From Verrucomicrobiota bacterium (GTDB taxonomy: Bacteria > Verrucomicrobiota > Verrucomicrobiia > Opitutales > Cerasicoccaceae), in contig JBCBUK010000017.1 in assembly GCA_039818205.1 (NCBI GenBank), positions 13,048 to 77,047 on the forward strand: 64,000 nt of DNA, given 5' to 3'. The notes beneath the pieces are model-generated. The model saw nothing but the letters and a program-made list of their open reading frames with translations, made no database searches and had not been told where the DNA came from. A program made the translations under genes and the position numbers. How positions within the stretch are numbered: the first letter of the stretch is position 1; the number at the start of each line of letters is the position of its first letter. This document shows positions 45,714-55,572 of this stretch, piece after piece.

Positions 45714-48700
45714 ATGCGAAAACATCTCCTCTTAACCCTTTGCCTAGCATCGCTTTGTGGCACGTCCGCGATGGGGCAGGTTTCTGCAACAGCGCAGGAT
45801 CCGACCGTTGCTACGGTCCAAGTTAGACCCTCTGGGGTATCTTCTAGTGCAGACTTCTACGCCGAAGGTAACACCTTCACCGGCTTTGAAGTCTACAGTG
45901 TTGCACGCTTCGTTCTTACCAAGGCTGACTTTGGTTTGGACAGCGGTGACACCATCAACTTGCTGACCTCGGTAGAGATCAACTTTACCCACAACGACCG
46001 TAGTTTTACCACGGGTGATTTGCTTGAGTTATATTTCACGACTCAAAATTTCAACGGCACCTATACTGGTCTCACCTACAACGTCGCCATCTTCGACGGC
46101 GTCGATGCGACTCAGTTCACCAACGCGCCTGTCTCTCTCGGAACATTCGCTTACGTTCCAACTGCGCCTGGTCTCTTCCAATACAACTACGTTGTTGACC
46201 TTTCTGCTTTCGAAGCGGACATCATCGCCAAAATCAACGCAGGCGAAGAAATCAACATCATCCTGGGCGCGGCTGATGCAGCCAACGCAATCACTTTGGC
46301 CGGTTTGAACAACACGTTCGATCCCGGTGACCCAACTATCACGGTTGAAGTCGAAGCAGCCGCTGACAACTCCGCTCCTTCGGTCGCAAGCACGACTCCT
46401 GCGGACGGTACCGTCGATGTTCCAACGGACACCACGCTCGTCATCGAGCTCGACCAGTTCGCCGCTGCTGGCACCGGGTTCATCAATCTTCGTCAAGTTA
46501 GCGACGACGGTTTGGTTGAAGCGATTGATGTGAATAGCGGTGCGGTTTCGATCGACGGTCGCGAGATAAGCATCACCCCGACATCCTTCCTCCCAGAACT
46601 CACCGAGATCTACGTCGAGATTGGCAGTGCAGTCATCACCGACGAAGCGGGTAACGGCTTTAACGGAACTGACGCTTCGAACTTCAGCTTTACAACGACA
46701 ATCGCCAACAGCGCTCCAGTATTCACCGAAACCGGTCCTTTCACCGTTTCTGACAATGCACTCGCTGGCGCGGTCGTCGGCGATGTTGATACCAATGACG
46801 ACGGCTTTACCGATGGTGAGTCCGTTTACAGCATCCTTTCGGTTGAAGACGCCAGCAATATGGCCGTCGGTTTGAATGGTTTTAAAGCAACCAGCATCTT
46901 TACAATCGGTGAAACCGTCTCTGGAACAACCGGAGCACTCAACCCAACGACTGCAGGCGACTATACTCCCGTCGGTATCCTCGACGGTATGGGCGCTTAC
47001 AAGCTCGATGCCGCAACGGTTCGGGTTCTCGCCAACCACGAGCTGCTCCACTTCCGCGGAAACAGCTACGAAGTTAGCAATGGCTCCGGTGGCACCTTCT
47101 CGATGACTGGTGCGCGCGTCAGCTACTTCGACATCGATATCGCGACACGCCAGATCGTTGATTCCGGTATCGCATACAACACCGTTTACGACGCGAATGG
47201 TAACGTTGCTACCGACCTTAGCTTTCAAAACGATAGCCTCAACGGTTTCTCCCGGTTTTGCTCCAGCGCGCTCTTCGAAGCTGAGCAGTTCGGCTCCGGT
47301 CGCGGACTTGCCAGTCGCATCTACTTCACGGGTGAAGAAGACGGTTCCGGCTTCAACCTGATCGGTGGCGCTGAGTGGGCGCTTGACCCAGCGACCGGTA
47401 ACTTCTGGGCCGTTCCTGCCATGGGCCGTGGTGCTTGGGAAAACGTTACTGAAGTCGACACTGGTTTGACCAACTACGTCGCGTTCATCTTGGCTGATGA
47501 CTCTTCTCCGTTCAACGCTGACACAAGCGATCCTGAAAACGAAGCTTCTCCACTCTACCTTTATGTTGGTGAGAAGAATCCTTCCGGTGACTTCCTCGAG
47601 CAAAACGGTCTCCGCGACGGTAAACTCTATGTTTGGGTTGCTACTAGCGGTAACACCCTTCCTTCTCAATTCAATGGTGCTGGTTCCTCCGAGCCAGGCA
47701 CTTGGGTAGAGATCGACAATTCTCCCAATCTCGCTCAAGCATCGGCCGACGGCTCGACTGGCTTCGACGAGTATGGTTACCCAACTCAGCGTAACCTCTG
47801 GACTCAAGCGGAAGCCGCCGGCGCATTCGGTTTCTCCCGTCCAGAAGACTTGGCTGTCAACCCAGTTGATGGTTCTGAGTTCGTTCTCGCTTCGACCGGT
47901 GTTGACACCTACGACATTGATCTTGTTTCTGGCAATGGTGCGGACACTTTCGGCACCATTTATGTTGGTGTTGTTGACTTCAATGTTTCCGGCGAACCAA
48001 CTGCAGGAAACCTGACCATCCTTTATGATGGCGACGAAGATACCGCCAACCGCGCATTGCGCAGCCCAGACAACTTGGATTGGGCCGATGACGGTTTCAT
48101 CTACGTTCAAGAAGACGAAGCTGAAGAAGACACCGCAAGTGGTGACGAAGTTCTCTTTGGTGCCGGTGCGGTTAATCCAAACGAAGCAGGTATCGTTCAG
48201 ATCGATCCTGCAACGGGTGATATCCTCCGGGTCGCCAACGTCGACCGCAGCATAGTTCTCGATCCCTCGATCGCAAACCCACTTGACGCTGTTGACGTCG
48301 ACGCCGGTTTCGCGGGCGAGTGGGAATCCTCGGGTATCCTCGACGTTTCCAACCTCTTCGGCGAATTGCCAGGAACCCTGTTCATCTTCAATGTTCAGGC
48401 ACACGGCATTGAAGATCAGACCAACTTCAACGCCGCATCCCGGATTGTTGACGGTGATCTCGTTGAAGGCGGTCAGCTCCTCTTCTTGGAGCGCAAGTTC
48501 GACTCCATGCTCGAAGCACTTGGTAGCAACGAAGCCGAAGCAATCTTCACGATTGGTGAGACCTTCGCTGGCACCGCCGGCGCATTGAACCCAAACACTG
48601 CGGGCGACTACACACCCGTTGGTATCCTCGACGGTCTTGGCGCCTACGAGCTCGACGCACAAACGGTTCGGGTTCTCGCCAACCACGAGCTTCTACACTT

Positions 48701-51700
48701 CCGTGGTAACAGCTACGAAGTTAGCAATGGTTCCGGTGGCACCTTCACAATGACCGGTGCCCGCGTTAGCTACTTCGACATCGACAAGTCGACTCTTCGG
48801 ATCATCGATTCCGGCCTCGCATACAACACCATCTACGATGCCAACGGTAACGTTGCCACAGACTTGAGCTTCCAGAACGATAGCCTCAACGGTTTCTCCC
48901 GCTTCTGCTCCAGTTCACTATTCGAGCCAGAACAGTTCGGTCCTGGTCTCGGGTTGGTTGATCGCATCTACTTCACAGGTGAAGAAGATGGTTCCGGTTT
49001 CAACTTGATTGGTGGCGCCGAGTGGGCACTTGACCCAGCAACCGGCAACTTCTGGGCGGTCCCTGCTATGGGTCGCGGTGCATGGGAAAACGTAACTCAG
49101 ATCGATACCGGTTTGACCAACTACGTTGCATTCATCCTTGCAGACGACTCCTCACCATTCGATGCGGATCCAAATGACCCAGAAGACGAAGCTTCACCAC
49201 TCTATCTCTATGTTGGTGAGAAGAATCCTGCTGGTGACTTCCTCGCTCGCAATGGTCTGCGTGACGGAAAGCTTTACGTTTGGGTTGCCGACAGCGGTAG
49301 CCGCGTTCCTTCTGAGTTCAACGGTGCTGGCGCATTCGAAGCTGGTTCTTGGGTAGAAATTGACAATTCACAAAACCTCGGCCAAGCATCCGCTGACGGT
49401 TCGACCGGTTTCGACGAATATGGATACCCAACTCAGCGTAATCTCTGGACACAAGCGGACGCAGCGGGTGCATTCGGTTTCTCCCGTCCGGAAGACTTGG
49501 CTGTGAATCCGTTTGACGGATTTGAATTCGTATTGGCTTCAACGGGTGTAGACACCTACGACGTGGATCCAGTCTCCGGCAACGGCGCTGACACTTTCGG
49601 CACCATCTATGTTGCTCAGGTTGAGTTCGATGGTTCCGGTGAACCAATCGCTGGCGACCTAACCATCCTTTACGATGGCGATGCCGACCCAACTCGTGCC
49701 TTGCGCAGCCCGGACAACCTGGATTGGGCAGACGACGGCTTGATCTACGTCCAAGAAGACGAAGCTGAAGAAGACACCCTCAGCGGTGACGAAATTCTCT
49801 TCGGTCCAACTGCGATCAATCCGAACGAGGCTGGTGTTGTTGTGATCGATCCAGCAACTGGAATCGTGACTCGCGTTGCGAACATTGATCGTAGTGTCAT
49901 CATCGACCCAACGATTGCCAACCCACTCGACGCGTTCGACACCGACGCGGGTTCTGCTGGCGAATGGGAATCTTCGGGTATCCTGGACGTTTCGACCCTC
50001 TTTGGTGAGCAACCAGGCAAACTCTTCATCTTGAACGTTCAAGCGCATGGAATCGAAGACCAAACCAATGTTAACGGTGCATCACGCATCAACGACAATG
50101 ATTTGGTTGAAGGTGGTCAGTTGATCTTCATGTCCATCGACTCGGCACAGCCAACCCTGAACTTCGCTGATGCATTTGAAATTAACCCAAGCACCGGTGT
50201 CATCACTTTGGTCAATCCATCCGAGATTGATTCCGATCGCTTGAAGTATATCCGCTTCGTAGTCGAAGCTGATGACGGTTTGAATGCTCCGGTGACTGAA
50301 ACGGTTGATATCTTCATCAACGACGATCCAATTGCTGAACCGGCTGAAATTCGTGTAGCCAGCTTCAACACTTCGTTGAACCGCAATGCTGCCGGTCAGT
50401 TGATCACTGACTTGAGCACTCCGAGCAACTCGCAGGCTCAGCAAATTGCTGAAATTATTCAGCGCACGAACCCAGACGTCATTTTGATCAACGAGTTCGA
50501 TTACGATCCAAACGGAACTGCGATCGACCTCTTCAAGCAAAACTACCTTGAGATTCCTCAAAATGGCCAAGCTCCGGTTTACTACGGATACAGCTACAAT
50601 GGCGAATCCAACACCGGTATCGCATCTGGCTTCGACCTCGACAACAACGGAAGCGTTGGCGGCGGCGGTGACGCATTCGGTTTCGGAAACTTCGAAGGTC
50701 AGTTTGGTTTCATCGTCCTCTCGAAATATCCAATCGTTGAAGACCAGGTCCGCACGTTCCAGAAGTTCCTCTGGAAGGACATGCCAGGAGCGTTGCTTCC
50801 TGCCGATCCGCTCGATAGCGATGGAAATTTTGACGTGGATAACTACTACACCACCGAAGAACTTGATGTGTTCCGCCTCTCTTCGAAGAGCCACTGGGAC
50901 ATTCCAGTCTGGGTTAACGGTGAGGTTATCCACGCGTTGGCTAGCCACCCAACACCACCCGTGTTCGATGGTGCCGAAGATCGCAACGGAACGCGTAACC
51001 ACGATGAAATCCGCTTCTGGGTCGATTATGTGAACAACGCGGCCTACATCTACGATGACTTTGGTCAGACCGGTGGTCTTCCACTCGAATCTGCGTTCGT
51101 TATCCTTGGTGACCAAAATGCCGATCCGTTCGACGGTGACAGCACAGCAGGTGCGGCTAATCAGCTCGTCGATGGCCCATGGGTCAATGTAAGCGTGACT
51201 CCAAGCAGCTTGGGCGGGGTGGAAGATTCCACCAACGATGGTGGTAGCAACCTGACCCACCTTGGTGATCCAGCGTTTGATACGAGCGACTTCGGTGACC
51301 CTCCCGGTAACCTCCGCGTTGACTACGCTTTGCCTTCGTCGAACTTGACCATCAACTCGGCTGGTGTGTTCTGGCCAGAAGTTGGCGAATCCGGTGCCGA
51401 TCTAGTAAGCGCAACCGACCACCGCTTGGTTTACGTCGATCTCTCGACCACACTTGAAGTTGGTTCGTTCGTTCTTGCGGGTGACGCCACGGTTGGCATT
51501 GATGCGACTCAAGGTAACCTCGCACTCATCCTCGTTAAGGCTGATGGAACCGCATTCGACTCCACCGCTCTTGACAGCTTGAATCCAGGAAGCCCAGCGC
51601 TCGGCGAGATCACCGTTGGCACGATGATCGGTGACTTCATGGTTGCTGGTTACTTGGAAGTTGGACCAAACGGAACGATCAACGTTGACGGATTTGGTTA

Positions 51701-54700
51701 TGACTTGCAGCCAGGTGCTGCCGGAAGTCTGATTTCGGTTGGCGATCAGTTCGGTTTCCTCGTGTTCGACAATCTTTTGTTCGAATCTGATGGTGGAACT
51801 GATCTCGGAACCGGTTCGTTTGATCCGTTCAATCTGATTACCGATCCGGCGTTCATAGTGCAGGAAGGTCAGCAAACTCACGGCGACGACATTCCAACGA
51901 TCTTCCGCGGTGACTTCACCTTGCAGATCCTCCACGCATCCGACCTCGAAGGTGGTGTTGAAGCAATCAAGCTTGCTCCAAACTTCGCGGCGATCGTAGA
52001 CGATCTCGAAGACAACAACCCAGCTGATGGAACAATCATCCTCTCCGCAGGTGACAACTACATCCCTGGTCCGTTCTTCAACGCTGCAAGTGATAGCGCC
52101 CTCCGTGGGCCATTACAGGCTGCCTACCAAGAGTTGTTCGCAACCGATCTTGGTGGTTCTGCTGCCGATCTCGATAACATCCGCGAAGGTCGTGGCCGTG
52201 TCGATATCGCGATCATGAACATCATCGAGTTCAACGCCTCGGCGGTCGGTAATCACGAGTTCGACGTAGGGTCGGACGCATTCGAGGGCATCATCGAAGA
52301 AGACGTTCGTGGCTCAACACTCGGAGACGTCCGTCACCTGGGTGCTCAGTTCCCATATCTATCTGCTAACCTCGACTTTAGTGGTGATAACGATCTGGGC
52401 AACTTGTTCACCAGCGATATCTTGCCAAGCACTGACTTCGCTCTATCGCCATCGCAAGCAATTGCTGGCGGCAACCCACCGAAGCTGGCTCCAGCCGCGA
52501 TTGTGGACGTTGACGGTGAGCCAGTCGGCGTAGTCGGTGCAACGACTCAGCTGCTCGAGCAGATCTCGTCGCCAGACGGCACATTCGTTATCGGTGGTTC
52601 GACGGTCGATATGACGGTTCTCGCAGCCCAGTTGCAGCCGGTGATCGACGAAGTTCTCTGGGGTCTGGACGGTGTTCCAGGAACATCCGACGATGTAAAG
52701 ATTGTCATCGTGGTTTCTCACCTCCAGCAGATCGCGCTTGAGCTCGAACTTGCTGAGCTCTTGACCGATGTTGACGTAATCATTGCGGGTGGCTCTGACA
52801 CTCTGCTTGCTGACAACAACGATGCTCTCCGCCCAGGAGACGTTGCTGACGATACTTATCCTCTGGTAGCAACGGACTTGGACGGTAACTCGACCCTGAT
52901 CGTGAGCACCGATGGTGAATACAGCTACGTTGGCCGTTTGATCATCGAGTTCGGCCCAAGCGGCACGGTTAACCCAGCCATCTTGGACGACACGCTTAAT
53001 GGTCCAGTCGCGACAACCGACCAATCGGTTATCGACCTCTACGGTGAGGCCAATATCGCTGATGCGATCGCAGCAAGCGTTAAAGGTACTGAAGTTAAGG
53101 AACTGGTCGATGAAGTCTCGGGCATCGTAAACGCCCTCGACGGAAACGTCTTCGGCTACACAGCCTTCTTTATCGATGGTCGCCGCGCAAGCATCCGCAC
53201 CGAAGAAACCTTCATGGGTAATTTGACGGCAGATGCTAACCTCTGGAAGGCGCGTCAAACCGACTCCTCGGTTGTGATCTCCTTCAAGAACGGCGGTGGT
53301 ATCCGCGCTGAGATTGGTGCAATCGACGGCCTGACCGGCGACCTCCTGCCTCCGGCTCCAAATGCTGACGCAGGAAAGCCAGCTGGTGCGATCTCTGAAC
53401 TCGATATTCAGAATACCCTCCGGTTCAATAACGGCTTGGTCCTCTTGGATCTGTCCGGACAGGATATCCTCGAAATCCTCGAACATGGATTGAGCGATAG
53501 CTTCGAAGGTAACACTCCAGGTGAATTCCCGCAGATCGGTGGTTTGCAATTCGCATTCACACCTCCGATGGCCGGTAACGGTGGCCCTGACACTCCAGCT
53601 GAAGTTCGTTCGTTCGGTTTGATCGATGAAACTGGCCGGGTCGTTGAGGTCCTCTTTAAGGATGGTGTATTCTTGAACGGAGCGGACACCCGCGAGTTCA
53701 AGATCGTAACCTTGAACTTCCTCGCCGAAGATGGTTCGACAATCGATGGAATTGGTGGAGATGGTTATCCATTCCCAGCCTTGGCTTCGAACTTCGTTGA
53801 CCTCGGAATCGGGGAGCAACAAGCCCTTCAAGAGTTCTTGGCGGCATCGTTCCCAACTCCTGAGCTTGCGTTTAGCGAAGTGGAGCGCGGTCCTGAGCAA
53901 GATCCACGAATTCAAAACCTCGAGTATCGCTTCGACACCATCGGAACTGACATTCCAGTCGTTCCTGCAGGTGCGCTTCGTCTGACTCCGGTCGCGACAT
54001 ACGAGTCTGGTATCTTCGACGAATCCGCAACTGAGATAGTGGCCTTCCACGCACCAACGGATCGTCTCTTCGCGGTTAGTAGTGCACCTGGCGAATCTTA
54101 CGTCCGCGTTCTGGACGCAAGCGACCCAGTCGGTAGTGGTCTCCTACAAGTTGACACGATTCCAGCGCCTCTTGCTGATTTCGAGCCAAACAGTGTCGAT
54201 ACCTTCTCTGGACCTCTGGGTGACGTGGTTGCCATCGCTTGGTCCGACGAAACCGGTGCAAACGGCCGTGGTCGCGTAACGCTTCACGACCCAGCAACGC
54301 TCGCTTCGCTTGCACCAGCAATCGTAGGTGGATTCTTACCAGACATGCTGACCTTCTCACCTGACGGTGAAAAGCTGGTGGTTGCCAACGAAGGTGAAGC
54401 CGATGGCGGCGTGAACCCGGTTGGTTCGGTCTCTGTGATTACCTTCGGTGCCAATTATGGTGCCCCAACTCACAACGAGATCACCTTCGATCGCTGGAAT
54501 CGTCGCGAGAACGTCCTCCGTGCTCGTGGTGTTCTCTTGACTCAGATTGACGAGGGCGAAGCTGCCAACGTAGCCGAAGACCTTGAGCCTGAGTATGTCG
54601 CGATTGACTCGAATAGCCAATACGCTTGGGTTGCGCTTCAAGAAGCGAACGCGGTAGCCGTTGTTGACCTTGTTCGCCTTGCGATCCGCAATATCTTGCC

Positions 54701-55529
54701 GCTCGGAACTGAGAACTACTCGGTCACCCCGCTTGATCCAAGTGACCGCGACGAAGGTATCGATGATGAGCCAATCAACGTTCAAACCTGGTCTGGACTC
54801 TACGGACTCCGCCAACCTGACTCGATTGCCCTCGTTGAGTTCAATGGCCAAAACTACTTGTTGACCGCCAACGAAGGTGACGCTCGCGACTTCGAAGAAG
54901 ATCGCTTCAAGGATGCTATCCTCGACCCATCAATCGAAGGTGTGTTCGGTCCATTGCAGGAAGATGACAAGCTCGGACGCCTCGAGGTAAATCTCTCGGC
55001 ATCTGACCTGGACAACGACGGTGACGTCGACGTTCCAATGGCTTACGGTGGCCGTTCGATGACAGTGTTTGAATCCCCTGTTGTGGGTCGCTTCCGCGCT
55101 GTTAGCGGAACCAGCACCAACGGAAATAACGACATTGAGGAGTATACCGCTTCGATCTTCTCGACGGTGTTCAACTCGAACAATGACGACAATGACTCAC
55201 TCGAAAGTCGCTCCGATGCCAAGGGTGCAGAACCAGAGGCTCTCACGGTTGGTGAGATCGATGGTGTGAAATATGCCTTCCTCGGTCTTGAGCGCCAGAG
55301 TGCAATCATGGTCTATGATGTCACTGATCCACGTTCACCTCAGTTCCACAGCTACGTAAGCAACCGTAACTTCATGGTTGATGCGGACACTGCGGAAGCC
55401 GGTGACCTTGGCCCAGAGGGCATCGAGTTCATTCCTGCGGATGTCTCGCCACTTGGCGTTCCAACCATCGCCGTCGCCAACGAAGTCAGCGGAACGGTTA
55501 CACTCTACCGCATCGACTTCGGCCTCTAG
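45714..55529 (+). CDS. Giant secreted multi-domain phosphatase (~3271 aa): Ig-like, cadherin split by 2x PhoX (DUF839), EEP, 5'-nucleotidase/metallophosphoesterase, choice-of-anchor I
   Basis: Signal peptide MRKHLLLTLCLASLCGTSAMG; PhoX motifs ANHE/RFCS/GEE/WEN/RPED/PDN/QED/ESSG/QAH twice; EEP IRVASFN..NEFDYD..SSKSHWD..GDQNAD..RVDY..TDHRLV; ILHASDLEGG..SAGDNY..GNHEFD..GGIRA; C-terminal EPEYVAI, NEGDARD, GAEPE, DLGPEG, ANEVSGT. Confidence 0.92.
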   Translation: MRKHLLLTLCLASLCGTSAMGQVSATAQDPTVATVQVRPSGVSSSADFYAEGNTFTGFEVYSVARFVLTKADFGLDSGDTINLLTSVEINFTHNDRSFTTGDLLELYFTTQNFNGTYTGLTYNVAIFDGVDATQFTNAPVSLGTFAYVPTAPGLFQYNYVVDLSAFEADIIAKINAGEEINIILGAADAANAITLAGLNNTFDPGDPTITVEVEAAADNSAPSVASTTPADGTVDVPTDTTLVIELDQFAAAGTGFINLRQVSDDGLVEAIDVNSGAVSIDGREISITPTSFLPELTEIYVEIGSAVITDEAGNGFNGTDASNFSFTTTIANSAPVFTETGPFTVSDNALAGAVVGDVDTNDDGFTDGESVYSILSVEDASNMAVGLNGFKATSIFTIGETVSGTTGALNPTTAGDYTPVGILDGMGAYKLDAATVRVLANHELLHFRGNSYEVSNGSGGTFSMTGARVSYFDIDIATRQIVDSGIAYNTVYDANGNVATDLSFQNDSLNGFSRFCSSALFEAEQFGSGRGLASRIYFTGEEDGSGFNLIGGAEWALDPATGNFWAVPAMGRGAWENVTEVDTGLTNYVAFILADDSSPFNADTSDPENEASPLYLYVGEKNPSGDFLEQNGLRDGKLYVWVATSGNTLPSQFNGAGSSEPGTWVEIDNSPNLAQASADGSTGFDEYGYPTQRNLWTQAEAAGAFGFSRPEDLAVNPVDGSEFVLASTGVDTYDIDLVSGNGADTFGTIYVGVVDFNVSGEPTAGNLTILYDGDEDTANRALRSPDNLDWADDGFIYVQEDEAEEDTASGDEVLFGAGAVNPNEAGIVQIDPATGDILRVANVDRSIVLDPSIANPLDAVDVDAGFAGEWESSGILDVSNLFGELPGTLFIFNVQAHGIEDQTNFNAASRIVDGDLVEGGQLLFLERKFDSMLEALGSNEAEAIFTIGETFAGTAGALNPNTAGDYTPVGILDGLGAYELDAQTVRVLANHELLHFRGNSYEVSNGSGGTFTMTGARVSYFDIDKSTLRIIDSGLAYNTIYDANGNVATDLSFQNDSLNGFSRFCSSSLFEPEQFGPGLGLVDRIYFTGEEDGSGFNLIGGAEWALDPATGNFWAVPAMGRGAWENVTQIDTGLTNYVAFILADDSSPFDADPNDPEDEASPLYLYVGEKNPAGDFLARNGLRDGKLYVWVADSGSRVPSEFNGAGAFEAGSWVEIDNSQNLGQASADGSTGFDEYGYPTQRNLWTQADAAGAFGFSRPEDLAVNPFDGFEFVLASTGVDTYDVDPVSGNGADTFGTIYVAQVEFDGSGEPIAGDLTILYDGDADPTRALRSPDNLDWADDGLIYVQEDEAEEDTLSGDEILFGPTAINPNEAGVVVIDPATGIVTRVANIDRSVIIDPTIANPLDAFDTDAGSAGEWESSGILDVSTLFGEQPGKLFILNVQAHGIEDQTNVNGASRINDNDLVEGGQLIFMSIDSAQPTLNFADAFEINPSTGVITLVNPSEIDSDRLKYIRFVVEADDGLNAPVTETVDIFINDDPIAEPAEIRVASFNTSLNRNAAGQLITDLSTPSNSQAQQIAEIIQRTNPDVILINEFDYDPNGTAIDLFKQNYLEIPQNGQAPVYYGYSYNGESNTGIASGFDLDNNGSVGGGGDAFGFGNFEGQFGFIVLSKYPIVEDQVRTFQKFLWKDMPGALLPADPLDSDGNFDVDNYYTTEELDVFRLSSKSHWDIPVWVNGEVIHALASHPTPPVFDGAEDRNGTRNHDEIRFWVDYVNNAAYIYDDFGQTGGLPLESAFVILGDQNADPFDGDSTAGAANQLVDGPWVNVSVTPSSLGGVEDSTNDGGSNLTHLGDPAFDTSDFGDPPGNLRVDYALPSSNLTINSAGVFWPEVGESGADLVSATDHRLVYVDLSTTLEVGSFVLAGDATVGIDATQGNLALILVKADGTAFDSTALDSLNPGSPALGEITVGTMIGDFMVAGYLEVGPNGTINVDGFGYDLQPGAAGSLISVGDQFGFLVFDNLLFESDGGTDLGTGSFDPFNLITDPAFIVQEGQQTHGDDIPTIFRGDFTLQILHASDLEGGVEAIKLAPNFAAIVDDLEDNNPADGTIILSAGDNYIPGPFFNAASDSALRGPLQAAYQELFATDLGGSAADLDNIREGRGRVDIAIMNIIEFNASAVGNHEFDVGSDAFEGIIEEDVRGSTLGDVRHLGAQFPYLSANLDFSGDNDLGNLFTSDILPSTDFALSPSQAIAGGNPPKLAPAAIVDVDGEPVGVVGATTQLLEQISSPDGTFVIGGSTVDMTVLAAQLQPVIDEVLWGLDGVPGTSDDVKIVIVVSHLQQIALELELAELLTDVDVIIAGGSDTLLADNNDALRPGDVADDTYPLVATDLDGNSTLIVSTDGEYSYVGRLIIEFGPSGTVNPAILDDTLNGPVATTDQSVIDLYGEANIADAIAASVKGTEVKELVDEVSGIVNALDGNVFGYTAFFIDGRRASIRTEETFMGNLTADANLWKARQTDSSVVISFKNGGGIRAEIGAIDGLTGDLLPPAPNADAGKPAGAISELDIQNTLRFNNGLVLLDLSGQDILEILEHGLSDSFEGNTPGEFPQIGGLQFAFTPPMAGNGGPDTPAEVRSFGLIDETGRVVEVLFKDGVFLNGADTREFKIVTLNFLAEDGSTIDGIGGDGYPFPALASNFVDLGIGEQQALQEFLAASFPTPELAFSEVERGPEQDPRIQNLEYRFDTIGTDIPVVPAGALRLTPVATYESGIFDESATEIVAFHAPTDRLFAVSSAPGESYVRVLDASDPVGSGLLQVDTIPAPLADFEPNSVDTFSGPLGDVVAIAWSDETGANGRGRVTLHDPATLASLAPAIVGGFLPDMLTFSPDGEKLVVANEGEADGGVNPVGSVSVITFGANYGAPTHNEITFDRWNRRENVLRARGVLLTQIDEGEAANVAEDLEPEYVAIDSNSQYAWVALQEANAVAVVDLVRLAIRNILPLGTENYSVTPLDPSDRDEGIDDEPINVQTWSGLYGLRQPDSIALVEFNGQNYLLTANEGDARDFEEDRFKDAILDPSIEGVFGPLQEDDKLGRLEVNLSASDLDNDGDVDVPMAYGGRSMTVFESPVVGRFRAVSGTSTNGNNDIEEYTASIFSTVFNSNNDDNDSLESRSDAKGAEPEALTVGEIDGVKYAFLGLERQSAIMVYDVTDPRSPQFHSYVSNRNFMVDADTAEAGDLGPEGIEFIPADVSPLGVPTIAVANEVSGTVTLYRIDFGL
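46880..50130 (+). repeat. Tandem intragenic duplication of the PhoX domain, period 1647 nt (549 aa)
   Basis: The identical anchor gttcgggttctcgccaaccacgagct has its gcc at 47031 and 48678; long near-identical peptide blocks with synonymous differences. Confidence 0.95.
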
Positions 55530-55572
55530 TTCTCGCTAGGAGCTCAATACGAAACATCAACGATTGTTCATT

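Noticed and set aside
46029-54050. Long antisense ORFs (885, 392 and 535 aa and others) opposite the giant phosphatase
   Set aside because: They are shadow frames produced by the strong codon bias of the sense gene, with no recognisable motifs
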